DNA of 60,131 nucleotides from Xylographa opegraphella (Eukaryota): NCBI GenBank assembly GCA_022813865.1, contig JALDZX010000086.1, positions 1 to 60,131 of the forward strand, read 5' to 3'. Shown piece by piece: positions 49,063 to 60,131 of this stretch (position 1 is its first letter; each line of letters starts with the position of its first letter). The notes under the pieces were generated by a model. It saw only the letters and a program-made list of their open reading frames with translations, ran no database searches and was not told where the DNA came from. The position numbers and the translations under genes were made by a program.

Positions 49063-50805
49063 TCAGTGCTTTGCTCCTCCGTCTTGAATATCTGAGTCCC
49101 CGAAGAACCCCTTCCCACCTCCTTCAGCCGCCTTCCGTGCCTTCTTCTCCCTCCGTCGGCTCATACCCCTTCCGCCGACCTCCTCGTCTCTTTCTGTGCC
49201 CGCGCACCATTTCGCCTGGGCTTTCGCCTCATCTTCAGCCGACCACTCGCGTGGCAAGATCGCAAACGTGAGGTACGAAGTATGCGTCTTCAGCTCCGGT
49301 TCCGGGCGATGGACCAGCCGACCCTCCTTGTAGAGCTTGCGAGACGCTTGGAAAGACTCCATAGCGGCTAGGCGGTGCTGCTTCGAGGTGCGGAGCTTAG
49401 GCTCTGAAGTCGAATCTGCCGCTTGCGCGGGTTCGTCGGCCTCGTTGACAGTAGTTTCTGCGGTGGCTATGGGATCATCGCCCTTGTGGAATGCCTTGGT
49501 TCGCGACTCGATCTCAAGTAACCGGGTGATTGCCTCGTCGACGCTCGCTGGGGAGGCGTTGACGCCGCGTTGGCCTTCTTCGATCAGGCCGACGCGTTCG
49601 CGACGGACTTCAATGCGCTTAGCGGCGATTTCGACAGTTTCGATAGAGGTGTAGGAGAGAGAGCGGAGAGCGCGGATGGTGCTTTGGACTTGTTCGATGC
49701 ATGGGGAGAAAGTGCATATGCGAATGGGGGAGAGAGGCGATAGAGGGGAGGATGTCTTTTGGGGAGATGGAACGGGGGCGACGTCGGGGTTGGGTGGTAT
49801 ATCGAGAGTAGATATATCCAGGAGCCTTTCGTCAATCATTTCTGGTTTCGAAGGGCCGAGATCTGGGACTTTTTCTGCGCTCGCTTCCGTCGTACCAAGA
49901 GATTCAAACTCGAGTGGTTCTATTGGTGGTTGAGAACGACTGGCTCTGGTGAGATGTTGCAGTGCTATCCAAGGAGCTGGTAGATCAAGGAATATAGCCT
50001 CGGCTTTGACTTTCTGGACGCCTTCTTTGAATACAGAGAAACCATCTGTGCAGACGTCTCTATGTGCAATCTCCACAACATCGTCAAGCCCGTGATCCCG
50101 GATCTCCTCTGTGAGCTTTTCGACTCTTTGTTCGTGAAATTCAAAACTCCAAACTTTGCCTATACGCTTTCCACTTTTGGATTGGCTTGCTTGGTCACTG
50201 GCCTGCCTGGCACCGTCGGGGGACCCGTTGTAGACCGCTCTTGCGGCTGCATGAGTGAATGATCCACTTCCAGCTCCTGCTTCTATCACGACACTTCCCG
50301 GCCGTACCCGCAGACGCTGGAGGATGTAGCTATAGTCAGGGGTGTAGACTACCTGCGTCCTGTGAGGCAGAGATGTCGTCCATGTCTCTGGCGTTGGAGG
50401 TAAAAGATGCGCAAAACCGGTCGAAGCTGTCACTGCCGCTTTAAGAGCTAACTTCTCCTCGTTTGTCTGGGCGTCAGTCTCTGCTTTCTCTGTGGTCGTC
50501 GCGTCTCGCTTCCGTTTCTGCCCTTGGTTGATATCTTGGGGAGGATTCTTCGGTTTTCGACCGCGAGATCCAGTATCAACAGCTGACGCACGGACTTGAG
50601 AGCCCCATGGGACTCCTATCAGTGTGCTGTGTGGAAAAGAGCCGAAACGCGTATTTGTGACTTTACCCTCTGAGTAGCCTTCGTTTTTGTCATCAGATGA
50701 TCGGAGAACAACGGGGACTTGAAGGTCTCTTTTCAGGTGAAGAACCGCAAGATTGTTTGTCACAGTAATGGGTCCTGGGCTCAGAAATGGAGAAACTTTT
50801 GTCAT
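49063..50805 (-). CDS. TRM61: tRNA m1A58 methyltransferase catalytic subunit
   Basis: NTRFGSFPHS, LLPPTPETWTTSLPHRTQVVYTPD, EAGAGSGSFTH, FEFHEQR, FLDLPAPW, FSPCIEQV, HTSYLTFA. ATG at 50805. Confidence 0.96.
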   Translation of the reverse strand: MTKVSPFLSPGPITVTNNLAVLHLKRDLQVPVVLRSSDDKNEGYSEGKVTNTRFGSFPHSTLIGVPWGSQVRASAVDTGSRGRKPKNPPQDINQGQKRKRDATTTEKAETDAQTNEEKLALKAAVTASTGFAHLLPPTPETWTTSLPHRTQVVYTPDYSYILQRLRVRPGSVVIEAGAGSGSFTHAAARAVYNGSPDGARQASDQASQSKSGKRIGKVWSFEFHEQRVEKLTEEIRDHGLDDVVEIAHRDVCTDGFSVFKEGVQKVKAEAIFLDLPAPWIALQHLTRASRSQPPIEPLEFESLGTTEASAEKVPDLGPSKPEMIDERLLDISTLDIPPNPDVAPVPSPQKTSSPLSPLSPIRICTFSPCIEQVQSTIRALRSLSYTSIETVEIAAKRIEVRRERVGLIEEGQRGVNASPASVDEAITRLLEIESRTKAFHKGDDPIATAETTVNEADEPAQAADSTSEPKLRTSKQHRLAAMESFQASRKLYKEGRLVHRPEPELKTHTSYLTFAILPREWSAEDEAKAQAKWCAGTERDEEVGGRGMSRRREKKARKAAEGGGKGFFGDSDIQDGGAKH

Positions 50806-51213
50806 ATCGGAAGAAAATTCCAACGCGAATCCCACAGCAATTGTACACACCGTAGAGACCAATTCTGGTACAAGTAATCAGAACTCAATGGACACATATG
50901 GAATGTATACTAAATTGTTGGTCTTTGTGCAACCACAGACTTTCGTGACGGCAGACGCAGATGCGAATTGTCGTAGTGGTTGGCCCTCGGAGAGGCTCTC
51001 AAACCAGTCCCATGCGAATTGATATTCCTACTGTGTACCTTAGGGTTGCGCAAGAGCGGGAGATCGCCCATTTGCCGCAGCCAATCAGCACTACAGATTT
51101 CCTTGAGTCACGAATGTTTCGAGCTCTGTGTCCAGTAACTCAGCCTCAGCGCCATTCGCTCATTTATGCACTTATTTTCTAAGCCCAATGCTGTTGTCAA
51201 AATAATCAAGACA

Positions 51214-53813
51214 ATGGCGACATCTGCGAGACAACAACCCGCATGGGTGGCTCCTCGACAACCGGATGGCAGCGTACAACTGCCCCCTTTGAATATATGG
51301 AATTCCCTGACCCGTTCCAAGACAGCTTTTGTACCTGTCAATTGGGAGTCGAAAGTCGTCAAGTGGTACGTCTGCGGGCCGACGGTATACAATGATGCGC
51401 ATCTCGGCCATGCCCGCAATTATGTGACTACAGATATAATCAGGCGGATCATGCGCGACTTTTTTGGGTACAAGGTCAACCTAGTTATGAATATCACGGA
51501 TCTAGATGACAAGGTATAGTATTAACCAGGGCTTTTCTTGAGCAGTAATAAGCAGCAGAAGTACGCGGACCAATTTTGCTGACTTGGCTCGGCAGATCAT
51601 TCTACGCGGGCGACAGCAACATCTCCTTGAGAGTTTCGTGTCGGACAACACGAGTCTGAACGACAGTGTCCTGAAAACTGCCCGAGCTGCTCTACAGAGT
51701 TATATCACGAAGAATTTGCCCCTCCTCGGCTCGAAGGAAGATCCAGGCGCTATTAGTGCTGAAGTAATAGAGCATTATGAGCCAATAATCAACGGAAGAT
51801 CATTAGACGGAGGTCCTCCTGGTGACAAGGAGACCAAAGTGAAAATGCACATAAATACAGTACAAGCTGCTGCAAAAGCGATAGAGTTGGCACAAACGAA
51901 CAGCATAATGATCAATCCGTTTCTCTCTGAGACGCAAGACATTCTACTGCCCTACTTGGACGCAATGTATGGGTCGTCTGTTGATGCAGACGACCACAGT
52001 ATTTTCACGAAGCTTACCCAATTGTACGAGGCTCGATTTATGGAGGACATGAGGAACCTCAATTGTCTGGATCCAGATGAAATCACAAGAGTAACGGAAT
52101 ACGGACAGCAGATTGTCGACTTCGTCAAGAAGATTCAGGACAATGGGTTTGCCTATGTAACGTCTGATGGATCTGTATATTTTGATATCAAGGCATTTGA
52201 GGCCGCAGAGAACCATTACGCTAGACTTGAGCCGTGGAATCGGAATGACTTTGACCTTATCGCAGATGGAGAAGGAGCTTTGACAAAGGAAACTTCCGAG
52301 AAAAGATCAAAACCGGACTTTGCACTTTGGAAGTCATCGAAACCGGGGGAGCCGAGTTGGCCAAGTCCTTGGGGTAGAGGTAGACCAGGGTGGCACATTG
52401 AGTGCTCGGCGATGGCATCGGACAAGCTAGGCGGGCAGATGGACATTCATTCTGGTGGTATAGACCTTGCATTTCCGCATCATGATAACGAGTTGGCACA
52501 GAGCGAGGCCTATTGGACGCAGAAGAACAAACCTTGCGACCACCAATGGGTCAATTATTTCATGCATATGGGCCATCTGTCTATACAGGGATCGAAGATG
52601 TCAAAGTCGTTGAAAAATTTCATCACTATTAGGGAAGCATTGAATCGTGGAGAGTGGACTCCACGAGGTCTCAGGATTGTATTCTTGCTCGGTAATTGGA
52701 AGGATGGCATTGAGATAACCGATGATATGGTCAAGGCAGGGTCTGCTTGGGAAGACAAAGTCAATGTAAGATACCGAATGAGCGCATATAACTCACAGCT
52801 AACCATTTCAGAATTTCTTCATCAAGGCCAAGGACATGGTCGAGAACCACTCGCATACTATCGGTGGAGTACAATTAAACGGCCCTTCCATTAGTGCTCG
52901 AGACGTTCACCAGGCGCGGAACGAACCCAGGGTAGCTGAGCAAGAACTGGTCCATGCCTTAGACAAAGCACAGAAAGAATTACACGGAGCACTATGCGAC
53001 TCATTTAATACGCCTCTTGCAATGGCGACTATCTCTGAACTTATCTCGGTCTTCAATGGTCTTGACAAGTCAGGGCTATCTGCAAAGTCTGTTGGTGTAA
53101 CTGCGAAGTGGGTTACATCACTCGTAAATACCTTTGGTCTCAACGGATTGGCGTCTCCGGAAGAGGACACTATTGGGTGGTCTGGTGTATCTATACCTGA
53201 CACTGCAAAGCCATACGTCTATCCTCTTGCCGCAGCGCGAGATGAGCTTCGCCGGAAGGCTCGATCGGATGAAGGGTTCTCATTACAGGATCTGGGCATA
53301 GTCAAGCAACTTGAAACCCTCAGTACAGGAGATATCCAGAAGGAAGCGGAACCGTATGCAAAGGTAGTGGATAAGTTTACACGCGACATCACTTCATTAG
53401 GAGGTTCCTCATCTCTTGCAAAAGATGTCCTACAACTTTGTGATCGTCTCAGAGATTTTGATCTATGGGATCGGGGAATCTACTTGGAAGATAGGGATGG
53501 TAATCAACCAGCTCTGGTTCGACCTGTTACTAAGGAGCTACTGGCGGCTAGAGAAGAGAAGGAAGAAAAAGATCGCCAGAAACAGAAGGCCAAAGAAGAT
53601 TCCCAGAAAGAAGCGGCGGCAAAAGCTGATCAAGGCCGCCAAAGTCATATGGATATGTTTAAAGCACCGGAATATAGTGCTTGGGATGACGATGGTGTCC
53701 CTATTAAGGATGTAGACGGGGAAGAGCTCCCGAAGAGTCGAATTAAGAAATTGAAGAAAGACTGGGAGAGGCAGAAAAAGCTGCATGAGAAGTGGGTGAA
53801 GGCCAATAGCTGA
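51214..53813 (+). CDS. CRS1: Cysteinyl-tRNA synthetase, 3 exons (upstream in-frame ATG at 51166)
   Basis: [18 protein letters not shown] (HIGH), [48 protein letters not shown]. Introns begin at 51514 and near 52766. Confidence 0.97.
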
Positions 53814-54305
53814 AATACCTTTGTAAAAGTGGATACCAAATCTATGGATTATGAAGAAATTGTGATGAAGTGAGAGTCAGGAGAAAAAGACGCTGCTAAC
53901 TACGGCAGGCGGTAGCTGACGGCGAATGTGGTGATGAAACATCGCAATATTGGGATGCTTCGGCAAAGTCTTCCAGCACCCCACTGAACTCAAAGATTAC
54001 GCGTCTGCCTTATACCCATACCCGAAGCTGCTTCAGCAAGCAACGAGGATTTCAGGGAGAAGTGAACGAGCGGTGAGATGACCATTCACGCCATGGGTTA
54101 TCGAATTGGTATGAGGTGCTAAGCCTGGGAGTGTCCTTCGAAGTTGATACAAGTAACACCACGTGCTATTTCACTGCAATAAGAGCTTGTTACGGATACT
54201 TTGCAGCAGCATTCAGGGTGATTACTGTTACATATAGACTCAAAAATATCGATACACTCTTAACACAACACGCTCTACTCTGACACTCCCGAATGATCAG
54301 TCCCT

Positions 54306-55547
54306 TTACATAATGAACTCCACTTCGGGGAACTGGCCTGTCTCTCCATCCAACAACTTCGAATGTTTACCTTTGAGAAACTTGTCAAAAAAAGCGGAAA
54401 CATAAGCCGTCTGAATTTCGAGCATCCGAGCTCCGCTAATGGTGCCCAAATTATCCGCTTCGCCATTCGGATCGGGCACGTCCTTCCTAAGACCCAGATT
54501 ATCGACTATCAACGGGACGTCGGAGAACGACACATGGCCCGCTCCCTGGATGTTCAGCTGCTTTTTCCACGCTCCGATCTTAGGCCACATGTCAGGCCAA
54601 TTAGACCACCAGCCCTTCTTCGTACGATCGTGGCCTTCGGCACCTAGTATTAGATAGGGGCTGTCAAGTCCAGCCTTCTGTTCTGGGCCGAAGAATGCCC
54701 CGTCCAGACTGACACCGGCGGCGATACGAGAATCCAGAAGCATGGTGGTTGACATTGTGGCCCCGCCTAGGGAATGGCCAAGCATGCCAACTCTGCTGAC
54801 GTTGAAGACTCCGCCAGTCGTGAGAAAAAGCTTCGCCAGTCCGTCCGGCTTACTCAGCTCGTCTAGTGCAAGAATCGTGTCGTTGACTCGTGCGTCCAGG
54901 TCCATCGTGCGTAGTGTGTGATTGCCCGTAAGAGGGAGTCGTCCGTGCAGTACCGTGTGGTTGAGCAGCTCCACTGCGAAAGAGTCGTGCGAGTGGTCCA
55001 TACACGCCACGACGTAGCCCGTGCTTGCCAGTGATTCGGCCAAGACCGTATAGTAGAACCGGGAAGAACCCGCACCCGTGGAGAGCATGACCAGAGGGAA
55101 GGCCTCGCCCGGGACGTGAAGCACCGGCCCATCCTCTCGGGCGGCAGTGTAGAGGTTTGCAAAGGAGCCGTTGAGACTCAGCCCTGCGAACACCTCTTCG
55201 TCGTAGAGCTCAGCCGTCAGTTTGGGCATGTAGGGCATAGTATATTGGGGAGGCTTCTCATCGTCCTCGGGATCCTTCACAGAGGTGGGATAGTACGTGG
55301 ACATCATCACTGCACGGTTGACGGGGCCACTGCCTCGATCGCTGTCCAGATATGCCCATGGGTCTAGGCGGGATGGGTCGATGAGTTCTTGGACCCGGAC
55401 GCTGATTTCGTAGGGACCGCTTGAGTAGGAGAGGCGCTGGGGCTGGCCGTTAGAAGAGGGCAAGAGTGCGGCTCGTGGTGTTGAGGGCGCTCGCCCGCCA
55501 TTGTAGAAGGAGCCTCCGAGGAGTAGTTGCATCAGATATCTATACAT
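54306..55547 (-). CDS. PAF-acetylhydrolase-like alpha/beta hydrolase
   Basis: FPLVMLSTGAG, LASTGYVVACMDH, nucleophile elbow GHSLGG, SLDG, GHVSFSD, AFFDKFLKG. Intronless. Confidence 0.88.
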   Translation of the reverse strand: MYRYLMQLLLGGSFYNGGRAPSTPRAALLPSSNGQPQRLSYSSGPYEISVRVQELIDPSRLDPWAYLDSDRGSGPVNRAVMMSTYYPTSVKDPEDDEKPPQYTMPYMPKLTAELYDEEVFAGLSLNGSFANLYTAAREDGPVLHVPGEAFPLVMLSTGAGSSRFYYTVLAESLASTGYVVACMDHSHDSFAVELLNHTVLHGRLPLTGNHTLRTMDLDARVNDTILALDELSKPDGLAKLFLTTGGVFNVSRVGMLGHSLGGATMSTTMLLDSRIAAGVSLDGAFFGPEQKAGLDSPYLILGAEGHDRTKKGWWSNWPDMWPKIGAWKKQLNIQGAGHVSFSDVPLIVDNLGLRKDVPDPNGEADNLGTISGARMLEIQTAYVSAFFDKFLKGKHSKLLDGETGQFPEVEFIM

Positions 55548-56117
55548 TTCTGGGGTCGGGAACGATGGTATTCAATACCTTGCAGATGCAGCAAGGCCAA
55601 TGTATTCAAAAAAGGATTTCTTAGATATTGTGCTTATTAGATACCCCGCCTCATATCGTTGCACCAAGGCGTAGCCTATCATACTAATACGTGGTGTTGC
55701 AATGTCTTTCGTGAATTCGAATTCGCACGAGGAGGACTGCAGGAAGAAGGCATTGGCGAGTAGAGGCTAGCCTCACCGGCATACTGCTGAGTGATGTCGG
55801 ACGTAATATCATTAGGCTGAATGTTGTTAGTAAGAGCTCTTATCCTCTTGTTAGGATCACTGGGGAAAACGTAGTGGGGGCACCAACGAGTGTATAGAGA
55901 CCTAGGTGGGAATTTGTAATGAAGTCTTCGTTGACTATTACTAAGTAGCACTAAATCACCACTTTTTTCTATAGCTCGTCATGAAGTTGGAAGCCAATAT
56001 CCTCCAAAGAAATTAATATTTTCCTCCACGGGATCACAAACACCTCGTTTTCCCTTCCTCACTTACGATCCAGCCTATTCATCTGTGCTAACGACTCCAG
56101 CAGCATCACTTGCAGTC

Positions 56118-57179
56118 CTAGGCCTGCATATCCTCATAGGCAAAATTGAAATCAAACATTCGGTTACTCATCAGCTCAAGCATAGGCTTCGGCCTGCCTA
56201 ATACACCCCAGTTTTCCTCCGTGTACAAGTCTGCGATTGGCGCCCCAGCAGGGTCGTAGTTGATAGTCGTACCATTGAGCGCGAACTGCCGGTTTAGTGG
56301 ATCACGCGCCTGCCATATGGTCCACATACGATCGACGTTGGAGTGGTGGAAGAAGAACGCTGGGTCGTTCGGGGAGGAGAAGACGTCGAACATGTCCATT
56401 CCGATCTGCAGGTGGCCGGCAGTGTGAGGTCCTGGGGGAGCGTTGCCAACGCCGGACAATCTGGACTGGAATTCGCCGATATCTGGTGCGTCAAGAAGGT
56501 GGGCAACGGCAGTGCCGTTGGAGAAGCGCTGGGCGACGGGGACATTGAAGTCACGGCGTAGGCAGTGGTTGTTGCGTAGGGTCCAGTTGGATGGGAGGGC
56601 TTGAGTAAAAAGAGCCGAGATTGGGATAGGTCCTAAGTGTAGCTCGAGCTGGGTGAAGGGTCCAGAACTTACGCAGCCACCACCCGTACCGTGGTCAAAA
56701 TGGTAAGGGCCGAGATCGTAAGCTCCGGTTGAGGGGTCGTAAAGGCCGCCGCCGCCGATGGAGTATTCACTGCCATCGAAAAGCGGATAGGCACTGATAT
56801 TATTTACGGACTTGGACCAATCCCAATAAGGTTGGTAGCCCGTATAGCCGCACTCGTCGCGCAGGGCAGTCTCATACAGATAGAGGAAATTACGATGCCA
56901 ACCGAGGAAGACTGCATCGAGATGCACGCCAAAGGTCTGGTTGATGTGGACGGCGGTGAAGTCGTCACGGCGATTGAGGGCTCCTGGAACCTGACCGGCG
57001 GGTATTATAGAAGGCTTGTTGGCTAAGCAGAGGACGGCATTGATGTACTCCTTCCGTGCTGCCAAGGTGAGAGACGTCCACTCTCTTCGGACTGCTGGAG
57101 CTTCCACTGCCGGTATGGCTAGTGCAGAGATGCTCTGGACAGCTAGAGCGACTGCTGCTAGCGTCGAGACAAAGACCAT
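56118..57179 (-). CDS. Secreted short-type tyrosinase / type-3 dicopper oxidase
   Basis: Signal peptide MVFVSTLAAVALAVQSISA and RREW. CuA DDFTAVH..VHLDAVFLGWHR, ECGY..QPYWDW. CuB PHTAGH..SPNDPAFFFHHSNVDRMW. Intronless. Confidence 0.93.
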   Translation of the reverse strand: MVFVSTLAAVALAVQSISALAIPAVEAPAVRREWTSLTLAARKEYINAVLCLANKPSIIPAGQVPGALNRRDDFTAVHINQTFGVHLDAVFLGWHRNFLYLYETALRDECGYTGYQPYWDWSKSVNNISAYPLFDGSEYSIGGGGLYDPSTGAYDLGPYHFDHGTGGGCVSSGPFTQLELHLGPIPISALFTQALPSNWTLRNNHCLRRDFNVPVAQRFSNGTAVAHLLDAPDIGEFQSRLSGVGNAPPGPHTAGHLQIGMDMFDVFSSPNDPAFFFHHSNVDRMWTIWQARDPLNRQFALNGTTINYDPAGAPIADLYTEENWGVLGRPKPMLELMSNRMFDFNFAYEDMQA

Positions 57180-57858
57180 CTTGGCAGAGGCACGGAGAAC
57201 AGGTCTGGCGAAGCAAAAACAAAACGCTCGGGAAAGCGGGCAACAAATCAACGGAAATCTTGCAAAGACAAAGCTGTGAGGAATGGAAAGCAGACGCCAT
57301 GGCGACAACAAGCGCAACTATATATGGGCCAAGAGAAGGCACTCGCTGGCGGAACTCCAGCTTCCATGCCGCAGATGGGCTCTGCTTGCCACATGCAGAT
57401 GCAGTGTGTTCTCACGTTTGTCTGTATTAAGTAGACTTTGCGTGAGAAGCGAGCTGTGCTTCGATTATTGACAATATGGACCCATATGTTAGAGCTTACT
57501 CAGTCGACTAACCTCGATCCGAGCGAATAATAGGTGTGTCGAGATTAAAGGTCAAGGATGTTTTGTTCAACGCCGGGTCATCATGGCCCGAGCCGCTGTT
57601 AACAGATCTTATCGCCGGGTATGTAAGGGGTGAGCTTCATTGGGTAGCTGGGAAAAGAATGCCAGTAACTAGAATAATTTAAGGTAGTCTACCGTACTTC
57701 CGATCGAAATAGTGTAGAAGCTATTTGACGTTCATCTCTTGGAGCTAAAAGTCATAGGATGAATCTAATCTGGTCGATGACATACCATCTCTATCGCTAC
57801 GACAGAGTTGTGCTGTGATTATCTTCGGTCTTCTTTTTTTATCCAATATTTCAGTATC

Positions 57859-59843
57859 ATGGACGTCTCCTTGGTTAGTCTCTTGAAATTCGTCTGTAAA
57901 TGCGATGTCGTTATGCCCACTTTGTCCCGCTGAAAGATCTTGAAGTTCTGTTGCTTAATGACGAGTACTGGCTGAGACAATGAATTTCTCTGTTGGTACA
58001 GTTAGGACTCACAGTCGAGCTGACTGCAGTGCTCATGTTAATATACGTGCTATGGGTCCTTCTCTATACGTGGCTTTCTCCGTTAAATGTTGTTCCTGGC
58101 CCTCGATGGGCGAGATATACAAGGTTTTGGCTCTTGAGGACTCTCACTACGGGATACGCCCAAGAAACTTTGCTCGAAGTGAGCAGGAAATACGGTAAGT
58201 ACAGCGTTGTGATATTGGCAATACTCAAGACTGGAGTTATGGCCTTGTTGCTGCTCGGCTGCTGGTTTGGTATGTAGGACGAGCATTCTTTTGCTGAACA
58301 TTACTAGGTCCCCTGGTACGGATCGGACCAAATCATCTACTGACCGACGATCCGGTTTTCGTAAGACGAATGCTGGGTCCAAAGACAACATACACGAGAG
58401 GCCCATGGTTTGACTGCTTCAAAATAGATCCTCATGATACGAACTTGGCTTCGGAGCGAGATCGCCAGAAGCACAATCTGCTCAGATCTAAGCTTGCGCC
58501 GGGAGTGAGGACACAGCTCCTCGGCATACGTCGCCTTGCTGCGGTACCATGCTAACGGCTTCAGATGACTGGAAGAGGCATGGATTGGGAGTCTATGGTT
58601 TCCGAACGCGTTTCGGACTGGATTCACCGACTCGACAAGGACTGGGCCTCGCCTCCACGGGCCACTAAGGTATTCGATATTGCAAAAAGTATTGAGTACC
58701 TAGGGATCGATATAATGACACATCTTTCCTTTGGGAGTCCGTTGGGCTTTGTAGAGACCAACACAGATCTGTTCGGCTATCTGCGGATGTTTCACCAAAA
58801 GATCCCTCTCGCCACATATCTATCGACACTGCTAGAACTCAACGCTTTCAAGAGTTGGATTGCAAAATTCCCCTACCTGTTTGACAAGCTAGTACCGACA
58901 GCGGACGACACAGAAGGTTTTGGGAAGCTCATGGGAGTGAGTATACGAATTGGAGAGTGCTCCGGCTGTAGACTGATAGGGCGCACTTCGTAGATAAGTA
59001 GAGATCTCGTGGGGCAACGCTTGAAACCGGTTACATATCCCAGAAAAGATATGCTTGGTTCTTTTCTCGAACATGGTATATCACCCACCGTTGCTCAGCG
59101 CGAGCTTATGACGTTCATGTACGCACCAATACCCGGCAATTTTGTGAAGTTGAGTTGATCCGAACAGATTTGCTGGATCGGATACAACCGCCACTGCGAC
59201 TCAAGCTACTTTATTAGCAATGATTTCGAATCCAGTCATCTATCAGATATTACAGAAGGAGATCGATCAGGCAGTCTCTAGAGGCGCCGTCTCGTCCCCC
59301 ATTCGACATTCTGAAGCCAATAGCCTTCCTTATTTACTGGGGTGTGTAAGGGAAGGTCTCCGACTGTTTCCTCCGACAGCTGAACTAAGTGAACGTATGA
59401 CACCTCCAGAAGGTGATACGATTCAGGGCTACAAGATTCCTGGAGGTGTCTTCGTCGGCCTCAATGTCAGAGGAATCCAGCGACATAAAGTTTATGGAGA
59501 AGACGTGGATATTTATCGACCGGAGCGATGGCTCGAAGCGGATCCAGAGCGATTGATAGAAATGACTAGAACGCTTGACCTGGTGTTTGGCTATGGAGAT
59601 ACCAAGTGTCTAGGTTATGGTCTCGCACAGATGACGATCTGTAAGATAATATTCGAGGTCAGTTTCCAAACTGATATTATCTGCTTATAGCTGACCCCAA
59701 GGAAGCTTCTTCGGAAGTTTGACGTGGTAACAACGAACCCTGTAAAGCCGTGGGTCAGTCAGTGCTATGGACTATTCTTCCAAAGCGAATTCAACGTTCG
59801 GCTCACGCGGCGGAAAGATAACCCAACAGTCGAGGAGCTGTGA
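57859..59843 (+). CDS. Cytochrome P450 (pisatin demethylase-like clan), multi-exon
   Basis: Exon 1 MDVSL (57859-57873); intron 57874-58001; then LGLTVEL..VPGP, YG|PLVRIGPN, AGSDTTA, EGLR, PERW, heme FGYGDTKCLG. Last exon ends VEEL* at 59843. Confidence 0.92.
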
Positions 59844-59981
59844 ATTGACTCTGTTTCTTCAGGGATAATCATGCCAAATCCCTATTGCAAGCAAGTAAAT
59901 CGCTCGCGATTTAAGTGTTTTTCTAAAGGTACCGTAGATAGCTTATGTACAACTATAAGACATGAGCTACCGCTGTAAAGA

Positions 59982-60131
59982 ACGTCGTTTGATCTAAGAG
60001 TTTTCCCGGCTCCGTGCACGGCCCGGTGTTAATGCACACCCCCGCGCCGAAACCCTACCCTATATTTATATTGATATATCAGTCATTATGAACTCAATTG
60101 AAGCCGCGCTGGCTGATTTAGCATTGCAAGA
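59982..60131 (+). mobile_element. Probable left end of a pogo/Fot1-type (Tc1-mariner) DNA transposon, truncated by the window edge
   Basis: ACGT-starting terminus-like sequence with internal CCCGG repeats, an AT-rich spacer, then ATG at 60088 giving MNSIEAALADLALQ. This resembles the N-terminus of fungal pogo-like transposases. The expected TA target site is not intact. Confidence 0.55.

Noticed and set aside
57980..57995. Apparent frameshift at the start of the right-hand P450
   Set aside because: Explained by upstream exon MDVSL (57859-57873) and intron 57874-58001, which restore the frame.
1..60131. tRNA, rRNA, riboswitch or Starship captain (tyrosine recombinase) genes
   Set aside because: None recognised by eye; a tRNAscan-SE/Infernal run would be needed to exclude small RNAs.

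Overview
Eukaryotic DNA from a filamentous ascomycete (Pezizomycotina): intron-containing genes with GT-AG boundaries and CTRAC/CTAAT branch points. About 25 protein-coding loci can be supported. The 30.5-53.8 kb block is dense core-genome content: SYG1, CipC-like, APT-like hydrolase, Mmc1-like, calcineurin A, LOT5/pICln, LXR3-like SDR, TRM61 and CysRS. Other recognisable genes are an ABCA transporter, a GH71 mutanase and CYK3. Accessory-looking stretches occupy 5.6-11.4 kb, 17.2-30.3 kb and >54 kb. The most striking locus is a two-exon secreted preproprotein (23704-24658, minus strand). Its mature domain carries the LSGC-x14-H Cys/His motif of CNF1/DNT/BLF1-type glutamine deamidase toxins, and it sits head-to-head with a disrupted ankyrin-repeat gene, resembling a toxin/partner pair. 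A second small secreted gene (6872-7333) has the same style of xxER|D pro-repeats ahead of a cationic 4-Cys peptide. Also present are a frameshifted CYP7/8-like P450, a hydrolase-tyrosinase-P450 trio, and the apparent left end of a pogo/Fot1-type transposon at the window edge. All family calls come from motif recognition only; no database searches were run.
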